The notes under the pieces: generated by a model
The model's input: only the letters and a program-made list of their open reading frames with translations
Database searches by the model: none
What the model was told of the DNA's origin: nothing
Assembly: GCF_009914755.1 (NCBI RefSeq)
Contig: NC_060927.1
DNA from: the human T2T-CHM13v2.0 reference genome, Homo sapiens
DNA length: 64,000 nt
Direction: 5' to 3' (one strand)
Translations under genes and position numbers: made by a program
Part shown: piece after piece, positions 49,548-63,539 of the stretch
How positions within the stretch are numbered: the stretch's first letter is position 1
Layout of the letters: every line of letters begins with the position of its first letter

Positions 49548-50394
49548 GTGAGGGTCACTGGACCAAGATGGGCTCCATGGCCATCCACCTGGCCAGAGCC
49601 CCCTCCCACCTTCCCCTCCAGGATTGTCTGCCCTGCCATTGTGGGCGTCATCAGCCCAACACTCCCTGCACCTCCCCTGTCTCCAGCACTTGTCCCACTT
49701 CTCCCTGCTGCCTGGAGGGCTCTGGACCAGGGGAAGGGAAGAAGGCTCTTTTTGAACTTATTAGTGAGAATAGCACAGAAGTTGCAAGGTGAATGTGTAC
49801 TAGGAAACAATGCTTCAGCAGTAGGTGGAAGGGGCTCTGCTGATCAGACCTAGAGGATAGTCCTTCTTCCTCCAGTAGCAAGAGAGGAGACCGAGTCTCA
49901 GAGCAGGACCCCGGGGCCCAAGAACCCTCCTTGCTTTCAGCTCACCTGCCAGCCTTCCTAGACTCAGCTTCCTGCATGTCATGTACTCCGGATGCAGGCT
50001 GGGGTGTGGACAGTGGGCATTCCAAGAGGTTCTGGTACCTACCCTTTCCTTCCTTGGTGCCCCAGGGCAGGCTGTGGACAGACCTTAAGCTTGTGTGCAG
50101 CACGGGCAGGAGTGGATGAGGAGAGGGTTCTTGGTTCTCATCTACTTCTCAGAGGAGCCTGTGACTAGGGGGTCCTGGAAGGAATTCCTTTACCCATCTC
50201 AGAGTAGGCACCTCACTGAAGAGCTTCAGTGCCACTCCGGCAAACTATGGAAAGGCGGGGCTCTGGGAACGCCAGTCACTCTTCAGGGAGAAGGCAGGAG
50301 TCATGGCCCTCCTTCAAGCACCCTGTGGATCTGTCCTGTCCCCTGGTTTGGCCAGGCAGGGTCTGATACTGGCCCTTGGCCCCTATCCCTGCAG

Positions 50395-50606
50395 GGCTGG
50401 TGAGTGTCCCCAAGTACCACTTCTGGGAGCAGAAGGAGGACTTCACTTTCGTGTCCCTGCTCACACGGCCAGAGGTCATCACGGCCCTCAGCAAGGTGAG
50501 GGCCGAGTGCAACAAGGTGACCGCCATGTCCCTGTTCCACTCGAGCCTCTCCAAGTACAGCCACCTGGAGGAATTTGAGCAGATCCAGTCACAGACCTTC
50601 TCCCAG
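50395..50606 (+). CDS. DNAH1: DNAH1 exon 10
   Basis: tgcag|GG; (G)LVSVPKYHFWEQK...QTFSQ; CAG|gtttgt. Confidence 0.95.
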
Positions 50607-51371
50607 GTTTGTGGGCATCAAGGGCACAGGGGGCAAACGCAGGGCAGACCCTTGGAACTGGCAGGCACAGGTCGGGGCTGCAGCGGAAGGCCAGGGTCAG
50701 TGGGCCACATGGTGAGGCTGTGAGCCCCTGCTTTTCTCAAAACCTGGCCTCAGCCTCTTCCTAGACCTTATTGGAGGCTGGGGTGGGGACCAAGGGTAAT
50801 GACTCATCTTGGAGAGAAAGGGAAAACCAGGGCAGGCTCTCTTTCCAATCCCTTTCCATCCCAACTCTGGTTGCCTCTGAAGCAGATCCCTTGTCTTAGA
50901 AGGGGGAGCAGGAACCTCAGGCACCCCCATGTTGACCTGTGGATTGGGGTATGAGGGAGGTGGGGGTGCACCCCCTCTGCACTCAACTCTGTCTCTGTCT
51001 GTCTCTCCACCTTATTCTCTATCTTTCCCTCTCAGCCCATTTTTGTCTTGTTCTCTGTCTCTCTGCTTCTCTCATCTCAATCTCTGGGTCTCTGTCTCTC
51101 GCTCACGGCTGGAGGGAAAGTCCTGCTTCTGCTGTCCTGTCCTCCCTCCCTCCTTTCTTCCCTCCTTCCCTGCCCAGCAGCTCTGGGCCCCCAGGGTCAC
51201 ATGAGGCTGTTGGTTGGCAGGGCTTGGCAGTAAGTTGGGGTAGGGGACATCCCTCCACAGTCAGATGAGCCCTGAGCCGCCCCAAGCACCCTGGTGCATA
51301 GAGTCCCTGAGTGCAGCTATAGGTCGTGGGTCCCCAGGGTGGCCATATGATGATGCCTGTGGCCACTCTAG

Positions 51372-51670
51372 GTGCAGATGTTCCTCAAGGACAGCTGGAT
51401 CAGCTCGCTAAAGGTGGCCATGCGCAGCAGCCTGCGCGACATGAGCAAGGGCTGGTACAACCTCTACGAGACCAACTGGGAGGTGTACCTCATGTCCAAG
51501 CTGCGCAAGCTGATGGAGCTGGTGAAGTACATGCTGCAGGACACACTGCGCTTCCTGGTGCAGGACTCACTTGCCAGCTTCTCACAGTTCATCAGCGACA
51601 CCTGTTGCAGCGTGCTCAACTGCACCGATGACATGGTCTGGGGTGACGACTTAATTAACAGCCCCTACAG
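51372..51670 (+). CDS. DNAH1: DNAH1 exon 11
   Basis: ctag|GTG; VQMFLKDSW...INSPY(R); AG|gtgggg. Confidence 0.95.
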
Positions 51671-51968
51671 GTGGGGCCCGGCGGGGCGGAGGCACCTGTT
51701 GACACCAGGTGATGTGTCACCTGCTGGGGATGGAGCAGGGTCAGGGACCAGGGCCAGGGTGCCCATCCATGCCAGGTCCCAGGCAGTAAGGAGAGCCGAG
51801 CTCCCTGCAGGCTGCTGGGCAATGTCCTGCCAGCCCTGGCTTGCATTGCTTCTGGTGACCTTCATTCACTCAATCATTGAGTTACTCAGTGGAGAAATAT
51901 TCTTTGAACACTTGCCATGAACCAGGCATGGTTCTAGGGGAACAAGAGAGGCCCAGTCCCTGGTCTCA

Positions 51969-52136
51969 TGGGAAAGACAGGCAGCAAGCAGATAAATACA
52001 TACACACAGTCATTGCCGGTTTTGGCAGGGGCCATGATAGACACTGGGGGTGGGAAAGACAGGCAGCAAGCAGATAAATACATACACACAGTCATTGCCG
52101 GTTTTGGCAGGGGCCATGATAGACACTGGGGGTGGG
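51969..52136. repeat. Perfect 82-bp tandem duplication
   Basis: 51969-52050 identical to 52051-52132. Confidence 0.95.
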
Positions 52137-52805
52137 TCAGGGAGGAGGTGGCATCTGTGCCAAGACCTGAGATGTAAGAAGAAACAAGTTATGAGGCGAT
52201 GTGAGGTGGAGGCAGGTACAGGCGGAGAGATCAGCATGGGCAGAGGCACCGAGGGGAGGATAGGCCTGGCGCAGTTGAGGAAGGAAAGGCTGGCCAGTGT
52301 GGCTGGAGTCAGGGAGGGGAGGGAGGGCTGCTCAGGATGGAGTGGGAGAGCTTGCAGGGACCAGGCCAGATCTCTTGGGGCCTCCTGAGGTCTCAGCTGG
52401 GGGCTGGATTTATTCTAAGTACAGTCAGAAGCCATCAGAGGGTTCCAGCTGGGATCCAGGCTTGGTTCTTGCTGTGTAGCGAAGATGGGAAGCCAAGGAA
52501 GATGGGCTCCCGGGGAGAGAGTGGGGGCTACAATGCCTAGGCCCTGGCAACCTCAGCACAGGGGTGGGGGGCCTCCCTCTCGTGTGGTGCTCATGGACCT
52601 CAGGTCACCTGAGGAGCAGAGGAACCTGTTTGGTTGGCCTGGGTCTTCCTCTCTGGTAACTTGGAGGTGTGTGGGACGAAGGAGAAGGCAAGTATTGTGC
52701 ATGGAGAGGCTCAAGAGTCATAGCGCTGGCAGGAAGGGCAGAGGGCTGCTCCTGCACACAGGCCTCCTAGGCCTCTGCCCACAGTCAGCTCGCCATTGCC
52801 TGCAG

Positions 52806-52956
52806 GCCCCGGAAGAATCCCCTGTTCATCATGGACCTGGTGCTGGACAGCTCTGGGGTGCACTATAGCACCCCACTGGAGCAGTTTGAGGCATCTCTGC
52901 TGAACCTCTTCGACAAGGGCATCCTGGCCACCCATGCCGTGCCCCAGCTGGAGAAG
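52806..52956 (+). CDS. DNAH1: DNAH1 exon 12
   Basis: tgcag|G; PRKNPLFIMDLVL...VPQLEK; AAG|gtacgt. Confidence 0.95.
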
Positions 52957-53869
52957 GTACGTGCTGCAGCCTGAGCAGGCCCCAGGCACCTGCTGCCCTG
53001 GCTGCTGATGGCTCCCTGAGCTCAGGGTGCTGCCACAGTTCAACTGTATCACAGGCCTCCTGTCGGGCAGGCAGCATGCTCAGCCCTGTAAATCTCAAAT
53101 ATCCCATTTAATCCTCATCACAAGCTGCACTGTGACCTATTAACACTCGCATTCTGTAGGTGGGGCTTGGAGAAGTGTAATAGCCTAAGATTGTGTAGCT
53201 GCTAATGTCAGATTTTGTAGGTGAGGCTTGGAGAAGTGTAATAGTTAGCCTAAGATTGCATAGCTGCTAAGTGTTGGAACTGCGATCTGAACCCTGGGCT
53301 TGCTGGTCCTCTGCTGCCACAGCCAGATCTGATGTAGACCCCACGCTCTTGATCCCACCCAGCTCTTGGCCTCTCTCTTCATCTCCAGAGGTGGACACAG
53401 GCCGGCTTCCACATACAGACCCTCTGTCCAACGTCCCCACCAGTCACTGCCACTGCACACACACCCAGCTGCACACAGCCCACTTCCAGACCCAAGAGCC
53501 TCTGTAGCCCTAGCCCTTCTTGTCGCCTTTGCTGGTCAGTTAGAGCCTTCATGACCCAGCTGTCTTTTCTGCACCTTTTCTTGGTCCTGGGCTGAGTCAG
53601 GCCCAGGCAGAGTCATGCCCAGGCAGAGGAAGATGCTGCCCCTTGGTGGGCCTCACAGGGGCGTCTGGCCTTGTAAAGAGACAGCACAGCAAACCCCCTT
53701 CTCCCGCTGCATCCCTCCTTTTGTATTTGGTCACCCTGCCACCCTCTAGGCTTCAGGCCACATCCTGCCCCTGCTTGCCCTGCTCCTCGGGAGGACTCCC
53801 CATCTCCCCTCTGCTCATTCACCCCCTGGCTCATCCAGGTCTGCCCTGCCACATGCCTTCCCTCTGCAG

Positions 53870-54063
53870 CTGGTGATGGAGGACATCTTCATCAGCGGTG
53901 ACCCCCTGCTGGAGTCCGTGGGCCTTCATGAGCCACTGGTGGAAGAGCTACGGGCCACCATTGCCAGTGCCGTGTCCAAGGCCATGATCCCACTGCAGGC
54001 CTACGCCAAGGAGTACCGAAAGTACCTGGAGCTGAACAACAATGACATTGCCTCCTTTCTCAA
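53870..54063 (+). CDS. DNAH1: DNAH1 exon 13
   Basis: tgcag|CTG; LVMEDIFISGDPLLESV...IASFL(K); AA|gtgcgt. Confidence 0.94.
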
Positions 54064-54176
54064 GTGCGTACGTGTGCCCATGCACGTCGGAGGGTGTCTG
54101 TGTGTTTGTGCATGTGTATCCCCTGCCCACCCTGCTCACCATCCTCTGCCCCCTCCCGTGTGCTTGCTGTCCTCAG

Positions 54177-54402
54177 AACCTACCAGACGCAGGGCCTGTT
54201 GGCCCAGGAGGTGCGGGAGGTAGTGCTCACCCACCTGCGGGAGAAGGAGATCCTGGACAGCTCGCTGCCCAGCAGCATCATCATTGGGCCTTTCTACATC
54301 AACACCGACAATGTCAAGCAGAGCCTGTCCAAGAAACGCAAGGCCCTGGCCACTTCCGTGCTGGACATCCTTGCCAAGAACCTGCATAAGGAGGTGGATA
54401 GC
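54177..54402 (+). CDS. DNAH1: DNAH1 exon 14
   Basis: ctcag|A; TYQTQGLLAQEV...KEVDS; AGC|gtaagt. Confidence 0.95.
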
Positions 54403-54970
54403 GTAAGTGCCCACCTGCCCCGCCTCAGTGACCACAGCAGCACACACCACAGCAGCACACACGGACCCTCACATACATGGCAAGATGTCCCCAAGCAGGG
54501 TCTGGGGTGTCTGTGGATGCCCAGGCCAAGGGAAGGAGCTGGAAATCACCCTGCCCCATCCCTGCCTGTCTGCAGAGAGCTGTCCTGTATGGGAGGTCCC
54601 AGGAAACGGGGGTTTCCACCTCCTTCCCTAGACTCTTAGAGGCCTGGAAAGCCTCACGAAGGACACCCTTGACGGACTTGTTTCATGGAGCTAGGGGATT
54701 CGAGTGCAGGCCTCAGAAGCCCTGCGTGTGTTGGTAGGGCTGGAGGAGGCTGGAAGGGTGAGGTGTGCCGGGTCATACCCTTGCCCCACTGACAGTCCTC
54801 AGCAACCCAGGGAGCCCACCAGGAGCACCCCTCTTGGAAAGCGCCGCAGGATGTTGTGGTGGAGGGGACAGTTACCTGTCGGGAGATGCTGGAGACCAAG
54901 GAGGAAGAGCAGGTGAGGGAAGGCAAGGGAGCAGCATGCTGCCCTCCCCAGCGCCTCCTCCCACTGCCAG

Positions 54971-55090
54971 ATCTGCGAGGAGTTCCGCAGCATCAGCCGC
55001 AAGATCTATGAGAAGCCCAACAGCATTGAGGAGCTGGCTGAGCTGCGAGAGTGGATGAAGGGCATCCCGGAGAGGCTGGTGGGCCTGGAG
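54971..55090 (+). CDS. DNAH1: DNAH1 exon 15
   Basis: gccag|ATC; ICEEFRSISRKIYEKPNSIEEL...LVGLE; GAG|gtgagg. Confidence 0.95.
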
Positions 55091-55489
55091 GTGAGGCAGG
55101 CACACGGGCACTGGGGCCAGGGAGGCACAGGGCTGGTGTTAAGAGTCCGAGGGCTGGGGCAGGCAGGGGCTGGGAGGTCGGACTCAGGAGGCTGAGGGTA
55201 AGGTAGTTGGACAGAGGACAGATGGGGTTTAGGGGGTTGTGAGCCGGGGCTTCAGAGCTCTGCTGTCTGGGGGTAGGGGGGAGCTGGAAGCTGGAGGTGT
55301 GGCAGCCATGGCTCTAGGAGCCCTGAGCCTGATGCTGCCCTTGCACCCTGGGCCTCCTCCCCTGGCCCAGACCTCCCCATTCTGAAAGAGAGCAGCCCCT
55401 CTCTAGTACCCGTCTCTGGGGAGCCAGGTTCCGATTACCCACCACCTCCCTGGCACACGTGAAGTTCTCATTACCACCTGTCTGTGCAG

Positions 55490-55572
55490 GAGCGGATTGT
55501 GAAGGTCATGGATGACTACCAGGTCATGGATGAATTCCTCTACAACCTCAGCTCAGATGACTTCAATGACAA
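55490..55572 (+). CDS. DNAH1: DNAH1 exon 16
   Basis: tgcag|GAG; ERIVKVMDDYQVMDEFLYNLSSDDFND(K); AA|gtgagt. Confidence 0.95.
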
Positions 55573-55835
55573 GTGAGTGGGAGCTTGGCCCCCATGCCAG
55601 GTGCGGGGTGGAGCATGAGGGGAGCTGCTGAGCTGCAGAGGCTCCCAAATGCCCCAGCTGCCACAGTCTGTGCAATCTCCCCAGAAACACCCCACTGAGA
55701 TTTCAGAGGCCAGGGCTCCACACATGGGCCGGGACCAGCCAGGGCCAGGTGGCCGAAGGAATTCATTTGGGCCTCTTGGCCTCAGCTGCTCCCCAACCCT
55801 GTCTCTGTCCTGTCAATGGCCTGGCACATGTTTTG

Positions 55836-56131
55836 CTTGTTGTTTTTTGAAACAGAGTTTTGCTTTGTCACCCAGGCTGGAGTGCAGTGGCACGATCTCA
55901 GCTTACTGCAACCTCCGCCTCCAGGGTTCAAGTGATTCTCCCTGCCTCAGCCTCCTGAGTAGCTGGGATTACAGGTGCCCACCACCATGCCCGGCTAATT
56001 TTTATATTTTCAGTAGAGATGGGGTTTCACCATGTTGGCTAGGCTGGTCTCGAACTCCTGACCTCAGGTGATCCACCCGCCGCGCCCTCCCAAACTGCTA
56101 GGATTATAGGCGTGAGCCACCGCGCCCAGCC
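55836..56131 (-). mobile_element. AluS-like
   Basis: Antisense Alu. Confidence 0.9.
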
Positions 56132-56943
56132 TGACACACGTATTTTACTGTGGACCTAGGGTTTCCTGTTTGTGGCTGGTGCCCTTTGGGGTTCTTGGGA
56201 GCACTGAGAGAGGCAAAGCTCAGCCTGGTGGGCAGTCCCTGGAGAGGGGCATTTGTCCCCACCCAAGTCAAAAGCCTTGTGGGAAACAGCCTTAGGTGCC
56301 CTTTTCCTGCCAAGCCTTACTGAGGCCGCCAGAGACCCCACACCCAGTGCTGCCTCACAGATGTTGGGGGAGTCAGGACCATCAGGGCCCTGCCCAGGAG
56401 AGGGAGACACTGGCAGACAGGGCATCTGGGTGCTCAGGGGGAACTCCCCCACGACCAGCATCCCTAGGCCAGCTGCAGGTGGAAGCCCCACATCCCACAG
56501 ACCCCCTATGTCAGCTGGGCAAAGGGAGTTGGTCTGACCTGAAGGCAGCTGGCCTGAGGGCCCTGGCTAGAGACTGTGGCTTTGCCTCCTCTGAGGAAAG
56601 GCCCCTCTGGCCCCTGAGGCTTAAGAGGGGAACTTGGCCTCACTCTTCTCACTTCCCCTTGGTCCCCATCACTACACTGGGCACCTTGGGTCTGCATCTC
56701 ACTGGATGCAGACTGCAGCTCCCAGGGGGCAGGGCAGCCTCCCTGATGGTGGCAGTCGCGCCTCCCAGCTCACCTGTACTTCGCAGCTGTCTGGCCCCAG
56801 GTAGCCTCCACAGCTGCCTGGATTTCCCCTGAACCCCTTCTCACTGGCTGCCTGGGTGCCTGGTGGGATGCCCCTGCCTGGTCTTGCCACTCCACCACTT
56901 CAGCCGCGATATTTCTCCCAATCCCCACCCCCATCCCGGCCAG

Positions 56944-57085
56944 ATGGATTGCCAGCAACTGGCCTTCTAAGATCCTTGGGCAGATAGAGCTGGTGCAGCA
57001 GCAGCATGTGGAGGATGAGGAGAAGTTCCGCAAAATCCAGATCATGGATCAGAACAACTTCCAAGAGAAGCTGGAAGGGCTGCAG
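56944..57085 (+). CDS. DNAH1: DNAH1 exon 17
   Basis: gccag|A; WIASNWPSKIL...EKLEGLQ; CAG|gtgggg. Confidence 0.95.
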
Positions 57086-57533
57086 GTGGGGCACAGCTGC
57101 AGGCTTGGTGCTGGACACAGCCCCCACCACACGCACGCACAGTTCTCCAGGGCCTGGCCTCACTTCTTGCATTCAGGAGGTGCTGAGTCAACATGTGATG
57201 GGCGGGCAGATGGATGAATGAATAAATGGCTGAAAGAATGAACGCAAAGGCCAAAGAGATGCCTGGGCAGCAAGCTCCAGAAAGATTCGGAGTAGTAAAG
57301 TCCCCAGCTCTTCTGTTGTGTCCTTGGCGGCCTACTGGGCAGTGGGCACAGTGTCAGTGCATTGGGTCTCCCCTGGCTTTGCTGTGAGGAACCTGCTCAC
57401 TCCAGGAGAACAACCTCCTTAGAACTCGGAGGAGTGGACGTCCTGGGACCTCTGGTTCCCTGGGTTTGCATGGGAAGGCCTGGACACAAGTGGGGCTGCA
57501 GGGGCATCTGACCCATTGCTCCTTGGCCTGCAG

Positions 57534-57689
57534 CTGGTAGTAGCTGGCTTCTCCATCCATGTGGAGATTTCACGTGCACACGAGATCGCCAACGAGGTGC
57601 GGCGTGTCAAGAAGCAGCTGAAGGACTGCCAGCAGCTGGCCATGCTCTACAACAACCGCGAGCGCATCTTCAGCTTGCCCATCACCAAT
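57534..57689 (+). CDS. DNAH1: DNAH1 exon 18
   Basis: tgcag|CTG; LVVAGFSIH...NNRERIFSLPITN; AAT|gtaggc. Confidence 0.94.
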
Positions 57690-58084
57690 GTAGGCCTCCT
57701 GCAGGCACCCTGCCCCCATGCCCCCAGGCTTGAGGAAGCAGCTCATGTAGATGCAGCTGCCAGGAGGCAGGGCTCTGGCATTTGGGGGCAGGACCCAGCA
57801 GGCTGCAGAGTGGAGATAGCCCAACCCTGGCCCTCAGGTTGAGGAGGCCCCTAGTACAAGGCAGGTGGCCTGAGGGTCAGCCCAGGTCTGGTGCAACAGC
57901 TCAGAGCCCAGATCTCAGGTGGGAAGAGAAGAAGGGAGGCCAGGCCCAGGTGTTTGGGGGCACGGTCAGGGACATCAGCCAGGAGCAAGGGAGAGGGAGA
58001 GGACCTGGCCCAAGAAGGGGCAACATGGAGAGAGACTGGGAAGTGTCCCAAGACAGCCCCAGCCCTGCCCTCCTGTCCCTGCAG

Positions 58085-58283
58085 TATGACAAGCTCTCCA
58101 GGATGGTGAAGGAGTTCCAACCCTACCTGGACCTTTGGACCACAGCGTCTGACTGGCTGCGCTGGTCGGAGAGCTGGATGAATGACCCCCTCTCTGCCAT
58201 CGATGCTGAGCAGCTGGAGAAGAACGTGGTTGAAGCCTTCAAGACCATGCACAAGTGCGTGAAGCAGTTTAAGGACATGCCAG
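58085..58283 (+). CDS. DNAH1: DNAH1 exon 19 (approximate start of DHC_N2 linker region)
   Basis: tgcag|TAT; YDKLSRMVKEFQPYLDLW...FKDMP; G|gtaggg. Confidence 0.94.
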
Positions 58284-58361
58284 GTAGGGAGCCAAGCCGG
58301 CCAATCCCCTCCTCCCTGCCTCTGCCGCCTGCCTCTCATGCGTTTCTGTCTTACCCGGCAG

Positions 58362-58615
58362 CCTGCCAGGAAGTGGCCTTGGACATCCGGGCCCGCATCG
58401 AGGAGTTCAAACCATACATCCCACTGATCCAGGGGCTGCGCAACCCTGGCATGCGGATCCGGCACTGGGAGACACTGTCCAACCAGATCAACATCAATGT
58501 CAGGCCCAAGGCCAACCTGACCTTTGCTCGCTGCCTGGAGATGAACCTGCAGGACCATATCGAGAGCATCAGCAAGGTGGCTGAGGTGGCTGGCAAGGAG
58601 TACGCCATCGAGCAG
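58362..58615 (+). CDS. DNAH1: DNAH1 exon 20
   Basis: ggcag|CC; (A)CQEVALDIRARIEEFKPYIPLIQGLRNPGMRIRHW...KEYAIEQ; CAG|gtgggt. Confidence 0.94.
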
Positions 58616-58891
58616 GTGGGTAGCCACCAGCGGGCCCAGCCACTCCAGCCAGGCCCTGCCGGACAGCCTGACCTCCTGCTCTGGCAACCACAGCCACTTG
58701 GGAGGATGACAGTAATAAGCCCCATCCCTGGGGTCATGAGGCCCAGGGGTTGAGATGCATTCTATTAAGTGAGTTAATAATGCACATAAAATTCTTGACA
58801 GTGTCCACCATTGCTATTATTTTTCAGTTACTCCTCTCAAGAGCCCCAGGAAGGAGCTAATAGCATTAGCCTCAATTTAACAGATGTGTCA

Positions 58892-60037
<1,146 letters not shown>

Positions 60038-61595
60038 GTCGGCCCTCCCCCCAGTCCTTCCCTCATCGCTCCCCCACTTCAGAGAGCCCGACCCACAGGT
60101 GTCACTGATGGTCTCCGGGTGGGGTTCAAAGCATCGCAGTGCCTTGCCCTCATTCACACAGCCCCTGGCTCTCTGGCAGGCCCCGCCCTACTGCATTCAG
60201 AGGAGGGCAACTAGGATGGGCTCTCCATCCATGAGGTTCAGCTACTGGATGAGGCAGATAAGGGTGCGTAGGGGCAGCATTTGGGTCCCAAAATGTGGTT
60301 GAGGATAGGCCTGAGAACTGCCAGGCGGCCTCCCCAGGGCTGCCTGAGCTTGGGACAACCAGGTCCTCCAGTACTGACACTTTCTGGGCCGGATGTCCCA
60401 AGGTCCCAGAGCACCTCAGTGCCCTTTCCCACTCTGTCCTGAGCTTCTGTTCTCATCTCATTTGGAGCTACCTTGGTTGAGGGGACTGGGCCACCAGGGA
60501 CTGCACTTGTCTTGGGCTCTCAAGGCTAGAGGCAAGGGCTGCCCACAGAGCCCTGGAGGGCAGTCCCGGGGCCAGCCTGCAGGTGTGATATCCCCTTCCC
60601 CGGGCCTCCCTGATAGCTGCTCAGAGACCTCCGGCGAAGGCCAGAAGCAGGTGGGGAGGGCTCATCTGTGTGCCTGGACCACCCAGAGATGCCTGAGCTG
60701 GTCAGCACTATCCCCAGTCCCCCTCTGCTCACGCTGTCCACTCGACCTGGAGTTTGACACCCGCCTTCCATCTCCTCCAAGGCCCAGCAACAAGCAGCCT
60801 TGCCGACTCTCCCTCACCATCCTTCAAGGGGTTCCCACCGAGGCCATTGTCGGTGCCTCTTTCAGAGTCCACTACACATGCCGGGCCCATGATTCAGGGG
60901 CAGAACTGGCCCCTTAGTGGGCTGTGGGCCCCTCGAGGGAAGGGACCAGGCCGCATTCCCCTGTTTCCCCTAGTGCCTCCCAGGGCCTGGCACAGTCCTG
61001 ACACTGCTGACTGTGACCCCCATCCCATGAGGAAGAAATGGATGAGTGCGTGAGTTTGCGCTGATGGGAGAAGACAAGAGATACATCCTGAATGGGGAAT
61101 TTGGAGGCAGAAGGGGGAAATGGCTCATTTTGAAGATGTCTCACCCTTGGACTCATGTTTCAGAGAGTATTTTAGGACTCTCACACTCAAGACCCATTGA
61201 ATCTCAGAGAATCCTGGGGTCATGGACCCAGAAGTCCTTCCAGGAAGGAGGCTGGTTTGTCTCCCAGGCACCGAGTGTTTCCTGTCACTGCAGGCTTTGC
61301 TGGCGTGGGTGTGTTCCTCCCTTTGGAAGAGCAGCTCCCCCGGCTCCTTTGGAGGCTTGGGCGTCCTGTGGGGATGTGGGACTTCTCTGGAGGGCAGGCA
61401 TCCCTGTATCCTCTTTGTTCCCTGGAGTATCACAGATGACAGCACCATCTAGAAATCTCCCTGTAGACACTGGCTTTGGTGTCCAGTGCTCTGCCCAACA
61501 TGCTGGTGGGGTGAAATGTCCCAGTCATTGGGACAAACCCCAGCTTGGACCCTGACAGTCCATATCACACCCCTCCCTGCCCCTCCCCTCCCCAG

Positions 61596-61760
61596 GAGGT
61601 TCTGGAGGAGTGGCTGAACTGTCAGCGGTCCTGGCTCTACCTGGAGCCCATCTTTAGCTCTGAGGACATCAACCAGCAGCTGCCTGTGGAGAGCAAGCGC
61701 TACCAGACCATGGAGCGGATCTGGAAGAAGATCATGAAGAATGCCTACGAGAACCGGGAG
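61596..61760 (+). CDS. DNAH1: DNAH1 exon 22 (GC donor)
   Basis: cccag|GAG; EVLEEWLNCQRSWLYLEPIFSSEDI...YENRE; GAG|gcaagc. Confidence 0.9.
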
Positions 61761-61989
61761 GCAAGCTCAATGAGGGTGGGAGGGGCAGCTGGGATCCCCA
61801 AGGGCCCTGGTCACATTGCTGGTAGCCTCCTAGTCTCTTCCCTCCCTACACAGAAAAGGCTGGTGGACAAGCCTGAGGATTTGATCTTGAACCATGTCCT
61901 CCAGAGTGGGCTCCCCAGCCTCAGAGTTGCTCCTTAGAGGCACAGTCACTGACGGTTTTTCTCTTGGAGATCCACAGCCCATATTAACG

Positions 61990-62335
<346 letters not shown>

Positions 62336-62595
62336 CATATTAGCATTTTAGAAGCTCTGACAAGTCCTGCAGCAAAGCAAACTCTTTAGCTTTGTTTAAC
62401 TCTAACTTGTTTGACCGTAGAATTTTTTCTGTGGGGCTGATGGTTGCAGCCACTGGCTCAGGGAGAATTTTTCTGCATCTTCTTTCCCAGGCCCCGCTGA
62501 GGGGCTCTGGCTGGTGTGGGTGCTCTGGGATGAGCCTATCTTGCTACCTGGACCATGCTCACTGCCCATTTCTGTGCATGGCCCGGGCCCTGCAG

Positions 62596-62717
62596 GTGAT
62601 CAATGTGTGTTCCGACCTGAGAATGCTGGACAGCCTGCGGGACTGCAACAAGATTCTGGACCTGGTGCAGAAGGGCCTCAGCGAGTATCTGGAGACCAAG
62701 AGGAGCGCCTTCCCCAG
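62596..62717 (+). CDS. DNAH1: DNAH1 exon 23
   Basis: tgcag|GTG; VINVCSDLRMLDSL...YLETKRSAFP(R); AG|gtgggc. Confidence 0.95.
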
Positions 62718-62879
62718 GTGGGCGCCACCTGGCCATGCCCACTCCGCCACTGTCTGCCCACAAGGCTGAGGTGTCCAGGGCCCTGCTCAGGCTAGGGTGC
62801 GGGGATGTCAGCAGGACTGGGGCAGCTGGGGCCCAGGGAGCCTGCACGACCCGCTTCCTCACCCCTGTTCCCCTGGCAG

Positions 62880-62985
62880 ATTCTACTTCCTGTCAGATGA
62901 TGAACTACTAGAGATCTTGTCGCAGACAAAGGACCCCACGGCCGTGCAGCCACACCTGCGCAAGTGCTTCGAGAACATCGCTCGG
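62880..62985 (+). CDS. DNAH1: DNAH1 exon 24
   Basis: ggcag|A; [35 protein letters not shown]; CGG|gtgggc. Confidence 0.96.
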
Positions 62986-63539
62986 GTGGGCAGCTGGGCC
63001 CGGGGCTCAGGGCTGGGAGCATGGGGCATCTTCCCAGGGAGAACGTCCCTCCCTTTGTGATGAGCCCTTTTAGCAGGAAATGTGGCAAATGACATTCCTG
63101 GTCTTTGGAGACACACCTGGGGCCTGTGGGAGGAAGGTCAACTGCAGAATCCCCAGCTCAGGGCTGAGGGCCCTGGATTTCCAACTCACCAGGCGCTCCC
63201 TGTGCCCCCAGCACACTGCAAAACCCATGAGGCCAGAAGCCTGTGGCCTGCCTTGTCTTCCCTCATCTATGCAGGAGGCCGGGGACATGCAAGGCAGTCA
63301 GCCTCCTTCCCTAAAGCCTGCTTCATGCCGGGCCTGGGCTGGGGCCTGACCACTGCTGGGGAGAAGGCAGGCCATCCAGCCTGGGAAGGCCCAGCCAAGA
63401 TAGACTCTCGGGGGGACGGGAAGGCAGGGCTTTCTTCTTGAGGTGGAGGGCACCGGGCAGGCTTAGCGCTGGGGCTGTGGTGGCCAGGGCATCTGGGCAC
63501 ACCAGGGTGACCCCACTCCTGCTCCTCCACTGCTTGCAG

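Noticed and set aside
55487-55492. NAGNAG acceptors (CAG GAG) at exons 3, 16 and 22
   Set aside because: GAG is rarely used as a distal acceptor and there is no further evidence.
57851-58687. 278-aa minus-strand ORF
   Set aside because: Antisense shadow of the GC3-rich DNAH1 exons 19-20.
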